The position numbers and the translations under genes were made by a program. Positions 38,211-51,985 of a DNA stretch of 64,000 bases are shown here, piece after piece (the stretch's first letter is position 1; every line of letters begins with the position of its first letter). The stretch is taken from positions 3,360,001-3,424,000 of the forward strand of contig CP086569.2 of the NCBI GenBank assembly GCA_009914755.4, written 5' to 3'. The stretch comes from the human T2T-CHM13v2.0 reference genome, Homo sapiens. The notes beneath the pieces are model-generated. The model was not told where the DNA came from, made no database searches, and worked only from the letters and a program-made list of their open reading frames with translations.

Positions 38211-41200
38211 GGCAAGGAAACCAATTTAACAACTATCTACACAAGAGAAGCACCTTCATAATAACCCAAAATCAGGTGAGCACTCACAGTACCTGCTTTT
38301 TATTTCATATCACTGAAAGAAGCACTGAAGATGTAGAAAAAACAGCCTTGAATTGCTGATGCCAACCCTCCCCGATACATCAGCAGTGGCTGCATGGTGA
38401 GGAGTGTTTCTGTGCACAGCAGAGAGAGGACTGACTTAGTGCTGACCTGTTATAGCAGAAAACAAAACCATACCAATTCAGCTGCCACCCGCCCAGGAAG
38501 GGAGCATTTAAATCAGTTTTAGTAAGAGGGGAATCACCAATCCCAGTGGTCCAAACTTGAGTTTCCACGAGCCTTGCCATTGTGGGCTAAAGTGCTCTGG
38601 GATCATAAATATACTTGAATAGAGACTGCTACAAGGACTACAAGTCCGAGTGCTGAACTGGGCCCAGAGACAGTGGGCTGGGTTAGGTGGGCTACATCTA
38701 CTGATACACCAGCAGGAGCAGCTAAGGGAGTGCTGGTACCAGCCTTCCCCCAAGCCCAGGCTGCACAGCTCATGGCTCCAACAGTGACCCCTTCTCTCCA
38801 CTTAAGGAGAAGAGTGGGAATAGTAGGGAAGATTTTGTCTTGTACCTTAGACACCAGCTCAACTACAGCAGGTTAGAGCATCAGTCATTTTAGACCCTAC
38901 TTCCTGGACATTTCCAGATCCTACTTCCTGGTATTTCTAGACACACCCTGGGCCAGAAGGGAACCTACTTTCTTGAAGGGAAAGACCCAGTTCTGGGAAG
39001 GATTATCATCTGTTAACCAAAGAGCACTTGGGCCCTGAATAATCAGAGGAAATTCCCAAGTACTATGTCAAGGGCTTTGGGTGAAACTCTAACACTTGCT
39101 CACTTCAGGTGAGACTCAGCACATTCCTAGCTGGGATGGCTATGGGATGAGACTCTGTAAACTTGAGAAAAGCAGAGAAAAAAGTCTTGCACCTAACATG
39201 CCAACATGGCCACAGTGGGGTATAGCACCAAGCAGACACCTGGGGTCCCAAATTTCAGGCCTTTACTCTTAGACTTCATTTCTGGAGTTGTCTGGGGCCA
39301 GATGGCAGCCCACTACGCTGAAGGATAAGTCACAGGACAGGTTTTTGGCTCTAGTCTCTGACTCCTGAACAGCACCTAAGGACCCACCTGGCACTGAGGA
39401 GAAGTCACCTCCCTGAAGGGAAGGACAAAGACTAGACTGGCTTTGTTGCCTGCTGAGTGTAGAGTCCCAAGGCCTTGAGCAAACATAGATTGAAGCCAAG
39501 AAGTGATTACCATAGGCCTTGAGTGAGACTCTGTGCTGTGCTGGCTTCAGATCTAACCCAGTACAGTTCTAGTGGTGATGGCCACCAGGGTCCTCTTGTC
39601 ACAACACCCCTAGCTCCAGGTGTCTCAGACCAGAGAAAGAGACTGTGTTCATTTGAGAGAAAGTAAGAGAAGGGAACAACAGTTTCTGCCTGGTAAACCA
39701 GAGAATTCTTTTGGATCTTGCTCAAGACCATCAAGGTAGTACATCTACTAGTCTGCAAGAACCACAGTGTTACTGGGCTTGGCATATAGACTTAGGCAGA
39801 TTCAGCTTAGATCACAACACTCAAGTTTTTTCTAATATCTGGAAAGCCTTCCACAGAAGAATGGGTACAAATAAGCCCAGATAGTGAAGACTAAAATTAA
39901 TACTTACTCAAAAGAATAATAATAGAGAACTTTCCAAACCTAGAAAAATATATCAATATCCCAGTACAAGAAGGTTGTGGAATACCACGCAGATTTTTCC
40001 TAAAGACTACTCAAGGCATGTAATAATCAAACTTCCGAAGGTCAAAAATAACAAAAGAATCTTAAAAGCAACAACAGAAAAGAAACAAATAACATACAAT
40101 GGAGCTCCAATACATCTGGCAGCAGACTTTTCAGTGGAAATCTTACAGGCCAAAAGAGAGTGGTCAGACATATTTAAAGTGTTGAAGAAAAACTTTTAGC
40201 CTTGAATAGTATATCTGGTAAAACTATGCTTCAGATATGAATGACAAGTAAAGATGTTCATGAACAAACAAAAGCTGAGAGATTTCATTAATAACAGAAT
40301 TGTCCTACAAGAAATGCTAAAGAAAGTACTTCAGTCAGAAAGAAAAGAATGTTCACAAGCAATAAGAAATCATCTGAAGGTAAAAAAACTCACTGGTAAT
40401 AGTAAGTACACAAAAACATCACATAATATTATAATAATGTAACTGTGGTGTGTAAACTACACTTAAGTAGAAAGACTTAATGCTGAACCAATGAAAAATA
40501 ATAACTATAACAACATTTCAAGACAGACACAGTACAATAAAATATAAATAGAAACAACAAAACGTTAAAAACCAGAGGGATGAAGTTAGTCTTTTTTGGT
40601 TTTGTTTTTGCATGTTTTTCTTTGTTTGTTTATGCAGTGTTACCTTGTTATCATTGAAAACAATTGGTTATAAGCCAAATGTTAACCTCAAACAAAAATA
40701 TATAGAATGGATATACAATAAATAAAAAGCAAGAAACTAAATTATATTACCAAAGGAAATCACCTTTATTAAAAAGAAAACAGGAAGAAAATAAGGAAGA
40801 GAAGATCACAAAGTAACAAGAAAACAAATAACAAAATGGCAGGAGTAAGTTCTTACATATCTATAATAGCATTAAATGTAAATGGACTAAAGTCTTCAAT
40901 CAAAAGAAATAAGAGTGGCTAAACTGATTTAAAATATACCCACTTAGTTGTTGCCTACAAGAAACACACTGCACCTATCAACACACACATAGACTAAAAA
41001 AACAAAGAAACAAACAAACAAAAAAATTGAAAAAGATATTCCATGTCAATGGAAACCAAAGGGGAGCAGGGTTAGCTATGCTTGTATCAGACAAAATGGA
41101 TTTCAAGACAAAAATTGTAAGAAGAGACAAAGAAGGAAACTATGAAATGATAAAAGGGTCAATTCAGCAAGAAGATACGGCAACTTAAAAAATACAGGCA

Positions 41201-41894
41201 CCCAACAGTGGAGCACACAGATATATAAGTCAAATATTTTCAACAATAATAGTGGGAGATTTCAACACTCTACTTTCAGCACTGGATACATCTTTCATAC
41301 AGAAAATCAACAAAGAATCACCAAATTTAGTCTGCAGTGTAGACCAAATTGACCTAATAGATATTTACAGAACATTATATGCAATGACAAATGAAAACAC
41401 ACTTTTCCTCAGCATGTGGCTCACTCTCAAGGACATACCATACGTTAGATCAGAACACAAGTCTTAAAACATTCAAAAAATTGCAATAATATCAAGCATA
41501 TTCTCTGACCACAATGCAATAAAACTAGAAATAAATAAGAGGAACTTTGGAAACTATAAAAATAGATAAAAATGAAACAATATACTCCTGAATGAACAGT
41601 GAGCAAAGGAAGAAATTAAGAAGGAAATTGAAAAACGTCTTGAAACAAATGATAATAGAACACAGCATACCAAAAACCTATGGGATACAGCAAAAGCAGA
41701 ACTAAGAGGGAAATGTATAGCTATAAGTGCCTACATAAAAACAAAATAAAAACGTCAGTAAAAAACCTAACAATGCATATTGAAAACTAGAAAAGCAAGA
41801 GCAATCTGAATCCAAAATTAGTAGAAGAAAAAATATTAATGATCAGAATAGAAAAAATGAAATTGATACATTTTAAAATAACCTAAAGACTACA

Positions 41895-42072
41895 ATTGTA
41901 TTGTTTGTTACTCAATGGATAAATGTTTGATGAGATGGATACCCCATTCTTAATTGTGTGTTTATTTCACATTGCATGCATGTATCAAATCATCTCATGT
42001 ACCACATTAATATATACATCTATGTAGCCAAAAAATTAAAAATTAAAAGAATTTAAAATAAATAAAAAAATT
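41895..42072 (+). mobile_element. Nested 5'-truncated L1 3'-end fragment (same type as 34237-34418) inserted into ORF2 of the host L1
   Basis: It interrupts the host ORF2 between ..EINEIE.. and ..INEIKIVEFFGKLNKIDK... The sequence attgtattgtttgttactcaatggataaatgtttgatgagatggataccccattcttaattgtgtgtttatttcacattgcatgcatgtatcaaatcatctcatgtaccacattaatatatacatctatgtagccaaaaaattaaaaattaaaagaa ends A-rich. Confidence 0.5.
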
Positions 42073-42825
42073 GCAATGAAAAATATAATACAAAGGATCA
42101 ATGAAATAAAAATTGTGGAGTTTTTTGGAAAGTTAAACAAAATTGACAAACACTTAGACATAGTAACTAAAAAAAGAGAGAAGATACAAATAAATAAAAT
42201 CAGAGATGTAAAAGGAGACATTACAACAGATACTCTAAAATTCAAAGGATTATTAGTGGCTGCTATCAGCAACTATATGCAATAAATTGGAAAATCTAGA
42301 AAAAGTATACAAAATGGTAGACACATACAACCTACCAAGATTGAACCAGGTAGGAATCCAAAACCTAAACAGAAAAGTAACAAGTTACTAGATTGAGGCT
42401 ATAATAAAAAGCCTCCCAGCAAGGTAAAGTCCTCAACCTGAGGGATTCACTTCTGAATTCCACCAACATTTTAGAGCTAATACCAATTCTATTCAAACTA
42501 TTCTTAAAAGTAGAGAAGGGAATATTTCTAAACTCTTTCTATAAGGCCAATATTACACTGATCCCAAAACCGGATTAAAAAAAGGTCAAAGAAAGAAAAT
42601 AAAAAGCCAATATCTCTGATGATATTGATGCAAAAATTTCCAATAACATATTGTTAAACAAAATTAAACAATACATTGAAAAGATGTCATCTATCATGAC
42701 CAAGTAGGATTTATTCCTGGGATGCAAGGATGATTCAACATATGCAAATCAATCAATGTGATACATCATATCAACAGAATGAAGAACAAAAAATATATGA
42801 TTTTTTAAAATGTTATTTTAATTTC

Positions 42826-42925
42826 TATTATTTGTAGAGACAGGGTCTCCTTATGTTGCCCAGGCTGGTCTCAAACCCCTGGGCTCATGCAATCCTGATG
42901 CCTCAGCCTCTCAAAGTGCTGATCA
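42826..42925 (-). mobile_element. Short Alu-derived fragment (right-arm-like, FLAM/FRAM-type) nested in L1 ORF2
   Basis: tttgtagagacagggtctccttatgttgcccaggctggtctcaaacccctgggctcatgcaatcctgatgcctcagcctctcaaagtgctg is Alu-like in the complementary orientation. Confidence 0.6.
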
Positions 42926-44334
42926 TTTCAACTGATAATGAAAAATAATTTGATAATATTCAAAATCACTTCATGATAAAAATCCCAAAAGCATCAGGAA
43001 AAGAATAAATACACTTCAACAAAATAAGAGCCGTATGTGACAGTACCACAGCTAGTATACTGAATGGGAAACAGCTGAAATATTTTCCTCTAAGATGTAG
43101 AACGTGACAAGGATGTTTGTTGTCATCAGTGTTATTCAACATAGTGGTAGAAATCCTAGCTGAAGCAATAAGATGAGAAATAAATAAAATACATATAAAT
43201 TTTAAAGGAAAAAGTTAAATTATCCTTGTTTGCAGATGATATGTCCTTATATTAGGAAAATCCTAAAGACTCCACAAAACAAAAAACAATTATTAGAACT
43301 AGTAAACACATTCACTGAAGTTGAGGAATAAAAAACACAAAAATCAGTAGCATTTCTATACGTAAACAGTGAACAATCTGAAAAAGAAATTATAAAAGTA
43401 ATCACATTTACAATAACCAAACATCAAATTAAATACCTGGGAATTAACCAAAGAAGTGAAAGATATCTATAATAAAAACTATACAACACTGATTAACAAA
43501 ATGAAAAGGAAACTAAATAATGCAAAGGTATTCCATGTTCATGGTTTGGTAGAAAAATTGTTAACATGTCTATATTGACCAAAGCAACCTACAGATTCAG
43601 TGCAATCCCTATCAAAATACCAATGATATTCTTCATAGACATAGCAACTACAAAGCTATAGTAAACAAAACAGCATGCTACTAGCATAGAAACTGACATG
43701 TAGACCAATGGAACAGAGTAGAGAATCCAGAAACAAATCCACACACCTACAGTGAACTCATTTTCAACAATAGCGCCAAGAACATAAACTGGAGAAAAGA
43801 CACCCTCATCGATAAATGATGCTGGGGAATCTGGATATGCATATGCAAAAGAATGAAACTAGAACTCTATCTCTCACCATGTACAAAAATCAAACCAAAG
43901 GGATTAAAGACTTAAATCTAAAACCTCAAACCGTGAAACTACTACAAGAGAACATTGGGGAAAATCTCCAAGACATTGGTCTGGGCAAACATTTTTTGAG
44001 CGACACCAAACAAACACGGTCAACCAAAGCAAAAATTGACAAATGTAATGACATCAAGTAAAAAAGCTACTGCACGGCAAATGAAAAAAATCAACAAAGT
44101 GAAGAAACAACCCATAGAATGGTAGAAAATATTTGCAAACTACCCATCTGACAAGGGACTAATAACCAGAATATGCAAGGTACTAAAATAACTCAATAGC
44201 CAAAATATACACAGTCTGATTAAAATGGTCAAAATACATAATTTTAACATTTATAACATCAGGAGACCAGCATGGCCAATAGAGTAAGATCCTGTCTCAG
44301 AATTTAAAAAGAAAAAAAAAAGGAGGAAAGAAAA

Positions 44335-44935
44335 ACAATTGTCTATACTACCTCAAGCAGTCTTTTGATTCAAAACAATTCCTATCAAAATCCCAATGGC
44401 ATTATTCAAAGGAATACTAAAAATAATCCTAAAATTAATATGGAATCACAAACACCCTGAATAACCAAAGCAATCTTGAGAAAAAGAAAAAAAAAAAAGC
44501 TTGAGGCATCACACTTCCTGAGTTCAAATTGTATTGCAAAGCTATAATTGAAACAACGTGATACTGGCATAAAAACAGACACATAGACCAGTGGAACAGA
44601 AGAGACACTCCAGAAATAAACCCATGCATGCACTATCAACTAATCTTTGACAAATGTACCAAGAACACATAAATGGGAAAGAATAGTCTTTTCAATAAAT
44701 GGTGCTGGGAAAACTAATAATTTCCATGCAAAAGAGTAAAATTGGACCTGTATCTTACATCATACAAAAAAATCAACTAAAAATTGAATAAAAACTTAAA
44801 TGTCAGACATGAAACCATAAAACTATTTGAAGAAAACATAAAGAGCTGCTTGAAATTGGTCTTGGCAAAAATTTTTTGGATATGATGCCAAAAGCACAGG
44901 CAAAAAAAAACAATTTTTTAAACATTATTTTGTAG
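44335..44935 (+). mobile_element. Separate L1 ORF2 fragment (older L1M/L1P type) whose ORF2 coordinates overlap those already covered by the upstream L1
   Basis: Translation gives ..[59 protein letters not shown]...NKWCWEN-like..[18 protein letters not shown]. It is preceded at ~44245-44330 by a ~55-bp Alu 3'-end-like piece (ggagaccagcatggccaatagagtaagatcctgtctc) plus an A-rich stretch. Confidence 0.75.
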
Positions 44936-44994
44936 TACTCCTTTTCTTTTCCTTTGTTTTTTCTTGTTTTTATGTACGTATGTATGTATGTATT

Positions 44995-45285
44995 TGTTTA
45001 TTTTTTAAACAGAGTCTGGCTCTGTCACCCAGGCTGGAGTGCGGCGGTGCGATCTCCGCTAACTGCAACCTCTGCCTCCCAGGTTCAAGCGATTCTCTGC
45101 TTTGGCATCCCAAATAGCTGGGATTACAGGCACCTGCCATCAAGCCAGGATAATTTTTGTATTTTTAATAGAGGCAGGGTTTCATCATGTTGTCCAGGCT
45201 GGTCTTGAACTCCTGACCTCAGGTGATCTGCTCGCCTTGGCCTCCGAAAGTGTTGGGATTACAGGCATGAGCCACCGTGCCCAGC
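44995..45285 (-). mobile_element. Alu (AluS-class) in minus orientation, preceded by a small (ATGT)n run at 44968-44993
   Basis: ttttttaaacagagtctggctctgtcacccaggctggagtgcggcggtgcgatctccgctaactgcaacctctgcctcccaggttcaagcg...ggcatgagccaccgtgcccagc. Confidence 0.95.
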
Positions 45286-48200
45286 TCTATTTTCTAGTTG
45301 TCTTATTGTTTTTCATAACCATTCAAATTTCTATTATTTCAGTATTAAATTACTTTAGAAATGCTCACGGTTTTCCAGGCAAATTTTAAATATTATTTCT
45401 CCTACTTTGAAATTTGAAGAAAAATATATTTTGCATCTGGCTTTATTCTACTTAAAATCTCAACTTAAAAAGAAGCAAAAAAATGTGATTAAAGATCTAT
45501 TACTAGATTGAATATGTTAATTAGATAATGTACTATTATTACATCTATACCTGTTTGCAAAGTTCGATAAAAACAAATTTGTACCTGGAAAATAGGATGG
45601 AACCCTCTTAATTAACTAAACTGATAAGTTCTGGGGCTATGGACCCAATGTAGCTTCTGTGACTTTCAGAGAAGTAAATTTTGAAGAATCATATTAATAA
45701 AAACAAATTTTTTTTTAAAAAAACCTAGAAACCAGTTTCAAAAAAAGTTATACTTTTGTCTTCTGAATTAGAATTTTAAAACAGATATAACAAAATCTTT
45801 TTTCCCATACCTGGGATGAATTAATCTATAAGGAAAACCAGAATGTAATTAGACTATGATGACTGACAGTTAAACATACTTAAAGTTAACTTTTATCCCA
45901 GTAGTATGTATTTTTTAATCTTCTTTCCTTATGTTTGACTCTGCATGTCAAAATATAATATTTTAATAAAGACAGATTTTAACAGAAAAATTATACAGGA
46001 CTATATATTGTACTAATCTTAGCCATCACTTGTAGTTACACAGGAAATACCTTGGTAAGTATGAAAAATTATAAATTAATGCAGCACTTTGTGACACCAC
46101 TTAAAATTTAGCAAAGACGTATAAAATGAGATGTTTGACTTCTCTAAAACTTGCATTGCATAATAAAAGCCTATAAAGTGGTGACAAACTTTATGGAAAA
46201 AATGTTTTCGAAAGTGAAAAGAAAATTCAGTTTAAATGTTTACCTATAATTATTCACCACAGATCATAAAGTTTTATAAAGGGACCAGAACTTGAGATGC
46301 TTCTTAATTTTACAATTAGAAAAATTTAGGACACAAAATTGTTAGTAGCATGACTAAATGTGAATAGCTAATTAGTGCAGAGCCAGAAGTAAGGTATTAA
46401 TAGATGTGAACTTTAGATATAATTAATTAAATAGATATTATCACATGTTGCTGAACTGATAGGTAACAGCCAAGTCCCATGTACTTCTTTTCATTAGTTC
46501 TATCAAGGTTGTAACAAATACAATATTGTCTTCTTAGTAAACTATAATGAGATCTTCAGTTCAAAACACTTACCTCATTATTTTTCTCATGTTGAACAAA
46601 AAATGAAAAGCTATTTTGCTAGCAAGAATAATGATACAAAATTATTTTAATTGCACAGTATTAGGCATTTACAGGTTTATAATAAAGTATATTTGTCAAA
46701 GTTGTTAGTAATGGTGTAGCTGAGGTTTATTATGAAAGATTCTTTTAAAAATAAAGTTTTTCATGCTTTTATTGCTCTGAAAATAAAAAGATTTGTACCA
46801 ATTAATAAACACCACTATTGAATAAAGAAAAACATTTATAGGCAAATTGGTGATGATATATTTTTAATTTTCTATAATGTATTTAAAAGATAATTGGTGT
46901 TATTAACCACAAGAGATGACCCTTTTATCATAGTTACAAATACAGATAGTGTCCTTTAATACTGAAAATAATTCTATATCTTTTAAATACCTGAAAAAAA
47001 TGTCATTGGTAGAATGATTTTAAATAAAATTCTTTTAAAAAGCACCCGAAAAAGACATTTAGTCTTTATACACAATTTTCTTTATATTCTTCATGCCCCT
47101 TCTTTAAGGTGCTTCATTTAAACTTTTCAGTCAGAATGAAGCAGCATATGTTCACAAAGGAGCAGAAGCACAGAAAATAGCCTGAGTAAAGCAACTCGAA
47201 AAACAGATTTAATATGTTATTGCTTTTTAAATGTGAACTCTTATTTAGTTTTTTATTGCTTCAAGATTTGTTTATAAAAATGCTCATTAATTAATGGGCT
47301 ACATCTTTGTTGTCTTAAAGTAAATGATTAAAAATTTAAAAATGTCTGATTAATTTCTACTTACAGAGAAAGAACAACAACAAAAAACTTCTCTTAATTT
47401 TTTTTAAAAAATAGTATAACCCAAAAGAGTTCATTAGAATGTGTTATAAAATACACTTGGATTGTTTTATTATGATTATTATTTTCCTTGGGTCAAGTTT
47501 TGCTGTCCTTATAAATCTCAATGATCTTTGTTTCTATCCATACTCTGAATTCTATTTGTCATTCCAGCCAGTTTAGCCTGGTTAAGAACTCTTGTTAAAG
47601 AACTGGTGCAGTCATTTGAAGGACATACAACACTCTGGCCATTTGAGTTATTAGAGTTCTTGCATTGGTTCTTTCTCATATCTGTGTGTGGGTGCTCCTT
47701 TATCTGCAGTGTTGATTGAGTAAAATCAATAGGCTTATTTTCTGAATGTTTTCACTGGTCTCAGGCTTTGTGCAGGGTCTTTATTTGAAGCTGCCTTCTT
47801 GTCTCTGGTTTCAGAGGAGTGGATATTAGTGAGGTATTTTTGGTGTTGAAGCTTTGGGGTATAATCTAGAGGTAGTATATAGGCTTATTGGTCATTTGAT
47901 AGAATGTTTCTCAGCTGTATGGCTACCCTGTATTCTCACAGTTGCAGCCATGTTCCCTCTCAATGCTCTGAAAGTGTCGGTTCTTCTTTCCTTTGATTGC
48001 TGGCTGTAGATCCTTACATGGCACTCCTGGACTGCCCATTGCAGCTCTGAGGTAATCTCAATGTTTATGTTTCTTCCCCACCTTAGAGGCAGCAGAGGAA
48101 GAAATTTTAGCAGTGGTTGTGGTAGAGGGTTGTTAGCCTGTCTCTCAGAGTTTCCACCCCAGAGAGGTGCAAGTAACCAATTGCTCAGTGTAATTCACCC

Positions 48201-49784
48201 AGGATGGAGGGTCTGTGCTCTGGGCCCAAGCCAGGGATTTCCTGTCTTGTTACCAGCAGTGGGATATGTGTGGGACCTGTGGGAGATGGACTAGCCTCTT
48301 CTACTTTGGTTGACTGTAGCTTGTTGGAGGTGTTAAAAAAAATACTTAGGATCTTTAACACTTCTTTATTCTGAGAGTGGCAAGGGAAGTTCCACTGCAG
48401 AAGCAGTGGCAGAGGAGCTAAAGGAAAAAATAGCTGATTAAAAAAAAATCCTAATGGGTCTGACAGAGCTCAATAACACAATACAAGAATTTCACAATGC
48501 TATCACAAGTATTAACAGCAGGATAAACCAAGCTGAGGAAAGAATCTTAGAACTTAAAGACGTGTTCTCAGAAATAAGATGATCTGATAAAAATTTAAAA
48601 AAGAATAAAAAAGTGAACAAAACCTCCAAGAAGTATGGGATTATATAAAAATGCCAAATCTATGAATTATTGGCATTCCTGAAAGAGAGGGGGAGAAAGC
48701 AAACAGCTTGGAAAACATATTTCAGAATATTATTCATGAACACTTCCCTAACATTGTTAGAGAGGCCAACTGTCAAATTCAAGAAATGCAGATAACTCCT
48801 GCAAGATTCTACACACGAAGATCATGCCCAAGGAACATAATCATCAGATTTTCTAAGGTTGCTATGAAAGAAAAAATGTTAAAGGCAGCCAGAGAGAAAG
48901 AGCAGGTCACCTACAAAGGGAACCCTAACAGGCTAACAGCAGACTTCTCAGCTGAAACCCTAATGCCAGAATAGATTGGGGGCCTATATTCAACATTCTT
49001 TAGAAAAAATTCAACCAAGAATTTCATATCCAGTCCTAAGTGAAGGAGAAATAAGATCCTCCCCAGATAAGCAAATGTTGAGGGAATTCATTATCACCAG
49101 ACCTGCTTAACAAGAGATCTTGAAAAGACCACTAAATATGGAAAGGAAAGACTGGTACCAGCTAATAAAAAGCCACACTTAAACACACAGACCAGTGATA
49201 CTTTAAAGTAACCATACAAACAAGCCAACATAATAACTAGGTAACATCACAATGACAGGATCAAATCCACACATATCAATACTAATATCAATACAATATC
49301 AATACACATATTAATACTAATGCAAATGGGTTAAATATCCCCACTTAAAAGGCAAAGAGTGGCAAGCTGGTTATAAAAGCAAGACCCAATGTTATCCTCA
49401 AAAGACCCATCTCACAGGTACTGACACTCATAGACTCAAAATACAGGGATGGAGAAAAATATACCAAGCAAATATGAAACAGAAAAAAAAACAGAGGTTG
49501 CTATTCTAATTTCAGACAAAGCAGATTTTAAACCAACAAAGATCAAAAAAGACAAAGAAAGGCATTACATAATGTAAAGTGTTCAATTCAACAACAAGAC
49601 TTAACTATTCCAAATATATATACACCCAACATAGGAGCACTCAGATTCATAAAGCAAGTTCTTAGAGACCTACAAAGAGACATAGACTCTCACACAATAT
49701 TACTGAGAGACTTCAACACTTTACTGGCAGTATTAAACAGATCACTGAGGCCAAAAATTAGCAAAGATATTCAGGACCTTTATT

Positions 49785-50157
49785 TGTCCTTTCTCGTGCT
49801 GCTATGAAGAAATACCTGAGACTGAGTCATTTATAAAGGAAAAAGTTTTAATTGATTCACAGTTTCGCAGGGCTGGGGAGGCCTCAGGAAACTTATTTAC
49901 AATTATGGCAGAAGGGGAAGCAAACACGTTCTTCTTCACATGGTGGCAGGAAGGAGAAGAATGAGCAAAGTGGGGAAAATACCTTATAAACCACTGGATC
50001 TCACGAGAATTCACTCATTATCATGAGAACAGCATGGAAAGCCCACCCCATGATCTAATCACATCCCAGGAGGTCCCTCCCCCAAAACATGGGGATTACA
50101 ATTCAGATTACAATTTAAGATGAGATTTGGGTTGGGACACAGAGTCAGACCATATCA
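49785..50157 (-). mobile_element. MaLR LTR (THE1/MST-class) in minus orientation nested in the host L1 ORF2, flanked by an imperfect direct repeat (c)aggacct
   Basis: ..gctgctatgaagaaatacctgagactgagtcatttataaaggaaaaagttttaattgattcacagtttcgcagggctggggaggcctcaggaaacttatttacaattatggcagaaggggaagcaaacac...catggggattacaattcagattacaatttaagatgagatttgggttgggacacagagtcagaccatatca is the reverse complement of a THE1/MST LTR. The host ORF2 reads DIQDL|NSTLEQMDLIDLYRTLH across the junction. Confidence 0.85.
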
Positions 50158-51462
50158 GGACCTAAACTCAACACTGGAGCAAATGGATCTGATAGACCTT
50201 TACAGAACTCTTCACTCAAAAACAAAGAATATACATTCTTCTCATCATGACGTGGAATATATGCTAAAATTGATCACATAATTGGGCTCAAAATAATCCT
50301 CAACAAATATAAAAGAGCCAAAATCATACAGAACACACTCTCAGAACACAGCACCATAGAAACAAAAGTCAAGATTATAAAAGTTGCAAATTAAACAGCA
50401 TGCTCCTGAATGACTTTGGGGTAAATAATGAAATTAAGGCAGAAATCAAGAAGTTATTTGAAAATAATGCGAACAAAGATGCAACATACCAGAATCTCTG
50501 GGACATAGCTAAGGCAGTGTTAAGAAGGAAATTCCTAGCACTGAATGCACACACCAAAAAGTTAGAAAGATCTCAAATTATCAACCTAACTTTACAACTG
50601 AAAGAATTAGAGAAACAAGAACAAATCAACCCCATAGCTAGCAGAAGACAAGAAATAACAAAAATCAGAGCTTAACTGAAGGAAATTAACACACACACAA
50701 AAAAATTCAAAAGATCAACAAATCCAAACATTGAAAAAAAATTACAAGATAGACTAATAGAGAAGAAAAAAGATCCAAGTAAACACAATTAGAAATTATA
50801 AAGGGAATGTTGCTACTGACAGCACAGAAATAAAAGCAGTCATTAGAAACTATGATAAGCATCTCTATGCACACAAACTAGAAAACCTAGAAGAGATGAG
50901 TAAATTTCTGGACAAACACATCCTCCCAGGACTGAGCCAGAAGAAATTGATTCTCTGAACAGACCAATAATAACCTCCAAAATTGAATCAATAACAAATA
51001 GCTTGCCTACCAACCAAAAAAAGCCCAGGATCAGAAGGATTCACAGCCAAACTCTACCAGGTGTACCAAGAAGAGCTGGTATCATACCTACTGAAACTAT
51101 TCCAAAAAATTGAGGAGGAAGGACTCCTCCCCAGGTCGTTCTATGAGACTAGCATCATCTAGATACCAAAAACAGGCAAAACACAACAAAAAAGGAAACT
51201 TAAGGCCAACATTTTTCTGTGAATATCAATGCAAAAATCCTAAACAAAATACTTGCAAACCAAATCCAGTAGCACATCTAAAAGCTAATCTATCATGATC
51301 AAGTAGGCTTCGTCCCCAGGATTCAAAGTTGATAATTAATTATAATAAACCACAAGATAATCATGTAGTTTATCTCAATAGACACAGAAAAGACCTTTGA
51401 TAAAATTCAACATTCCTTCATATTAAAAATTCTCAATAACCTAGGTATTAAAGGAAAGTACC

Positions 51463-51985
51463 TGTGACGGTTAATACTGAGTGTCAACTTGATTGGATTG
51501 AAGGATGCAAAGTATTGTTACTGGGTGTGTCTGTGAGGGTTTGCCAAAGGAGATTAATATTGGAGTCAGTGGTCTAAAGGAGGCAGACCCACCCTTAGTC
51601 TTGGTGGGCACCATCTAATGAGCTGCTAGCACAGCTAGGATAAAAGCAGGCAGAGGAACATGGAAAGAGTAGACTGGCTGAGTCTCCAGTGCTGGATGCT
51701 TTCTGCCTTGAACATCAGATTCCAAGTTCTTCAGCTTTTGGACTCTTGGGCTTACACCAGTGCTTTGCCAGGGGATCTCGGGCCTTTGGCCACAGACTGA
51801 AGGTTGCACTGTCGGCTTCCCTACTTTTGAGGTTTTGGGACTCATACTGTCTTCTTTGCTCCTCGGCTTAAGACAGCCTATTGTGAGAATTAACCTTGTG
51901 ACTGCGTGAGTCAACACTCCTTAAACACCCTTTCATATATACATGTATACTGTTAGTCTTGTTCCTCTAGAGAACCCTAATAGCA
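51463..51985 (+). mobile_element. MLT1A-like MaLR solo LTR nested in the host L1 ORF2 with TSD TACC(T)
   Basis: Starts tgtgacggttaatactgagtgtcaacttgattggattgaaggatgcaaagtattgttactgggtgtgtctgtgagggtttgccaaaggagattaatattggagtcagtgg and ends ...cctattgtgagaattaaccttgtgactgcgtgagtcaacactccttaaacaccctttcatatatacatgtatactgttagtcttgttcctctagagaaccctaatagca, matching the MLT1A/MLT1A0 consensus architecture. The host ORF2 GKYL|[10 protein letters not shown] is restored when the insert plus one TSD copy is removed. Confidence 0.75.

Larger units (their letters stand above)
38300..44240 (+). mobile_element. Near-full-length but degraded L1 (older L1PA/L1PB class): 5'UTR-like region, ORF1 remnant, then ORF2 riddled with stops, truncated within ORF2
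   Basis: 38300-39840 shows older-L1 5'UTR-style phraseology. 39840-40200 is an ORF1 C-terminus (..ENFPNLEKYINIPVQEGCGIPRRFF.. and track ORF 39975-40199 ..KRILKATTEKKQITYNGAPIHLAADFSVEILQAKREWSDIFKVLKKNF). ORF2 follows from ~40230 (MAGVSSYISIIALNVNGLKSSIKR..), then ...FSDHNAIKLEI..., NKIDKHLDIVTKKREKIQINKIRDVKGDITTD (track ORF 42076-42285), HDQVGFIPGMQG, KLSLFADDM, and HVDQWNRVENPETNPH..NKWCWG. The 5' boundary is uncertain. Confidence 0.85.

Noticed and set aside
38508-38876. Overlapping 67-97-aa ORFs on both strands in a moderately GC-rich block
   Set aside because: They fall in the 5'UTR-like region of an old L1. That region has repetitive phraseology typical of old L1 5'UTRs, no start context and no similarity to known proteins that I recognise.
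43560-44935. Two consecutive copies of the same L1 ORF2 region as a tandem segmental duplication
   Set aside because: The two copies are highly divergent from each other and belong to different L1 subfamilies. They are separated by an Alu-tail-like fragment, so two independent truncated L1 insertions are the simpler explanation.
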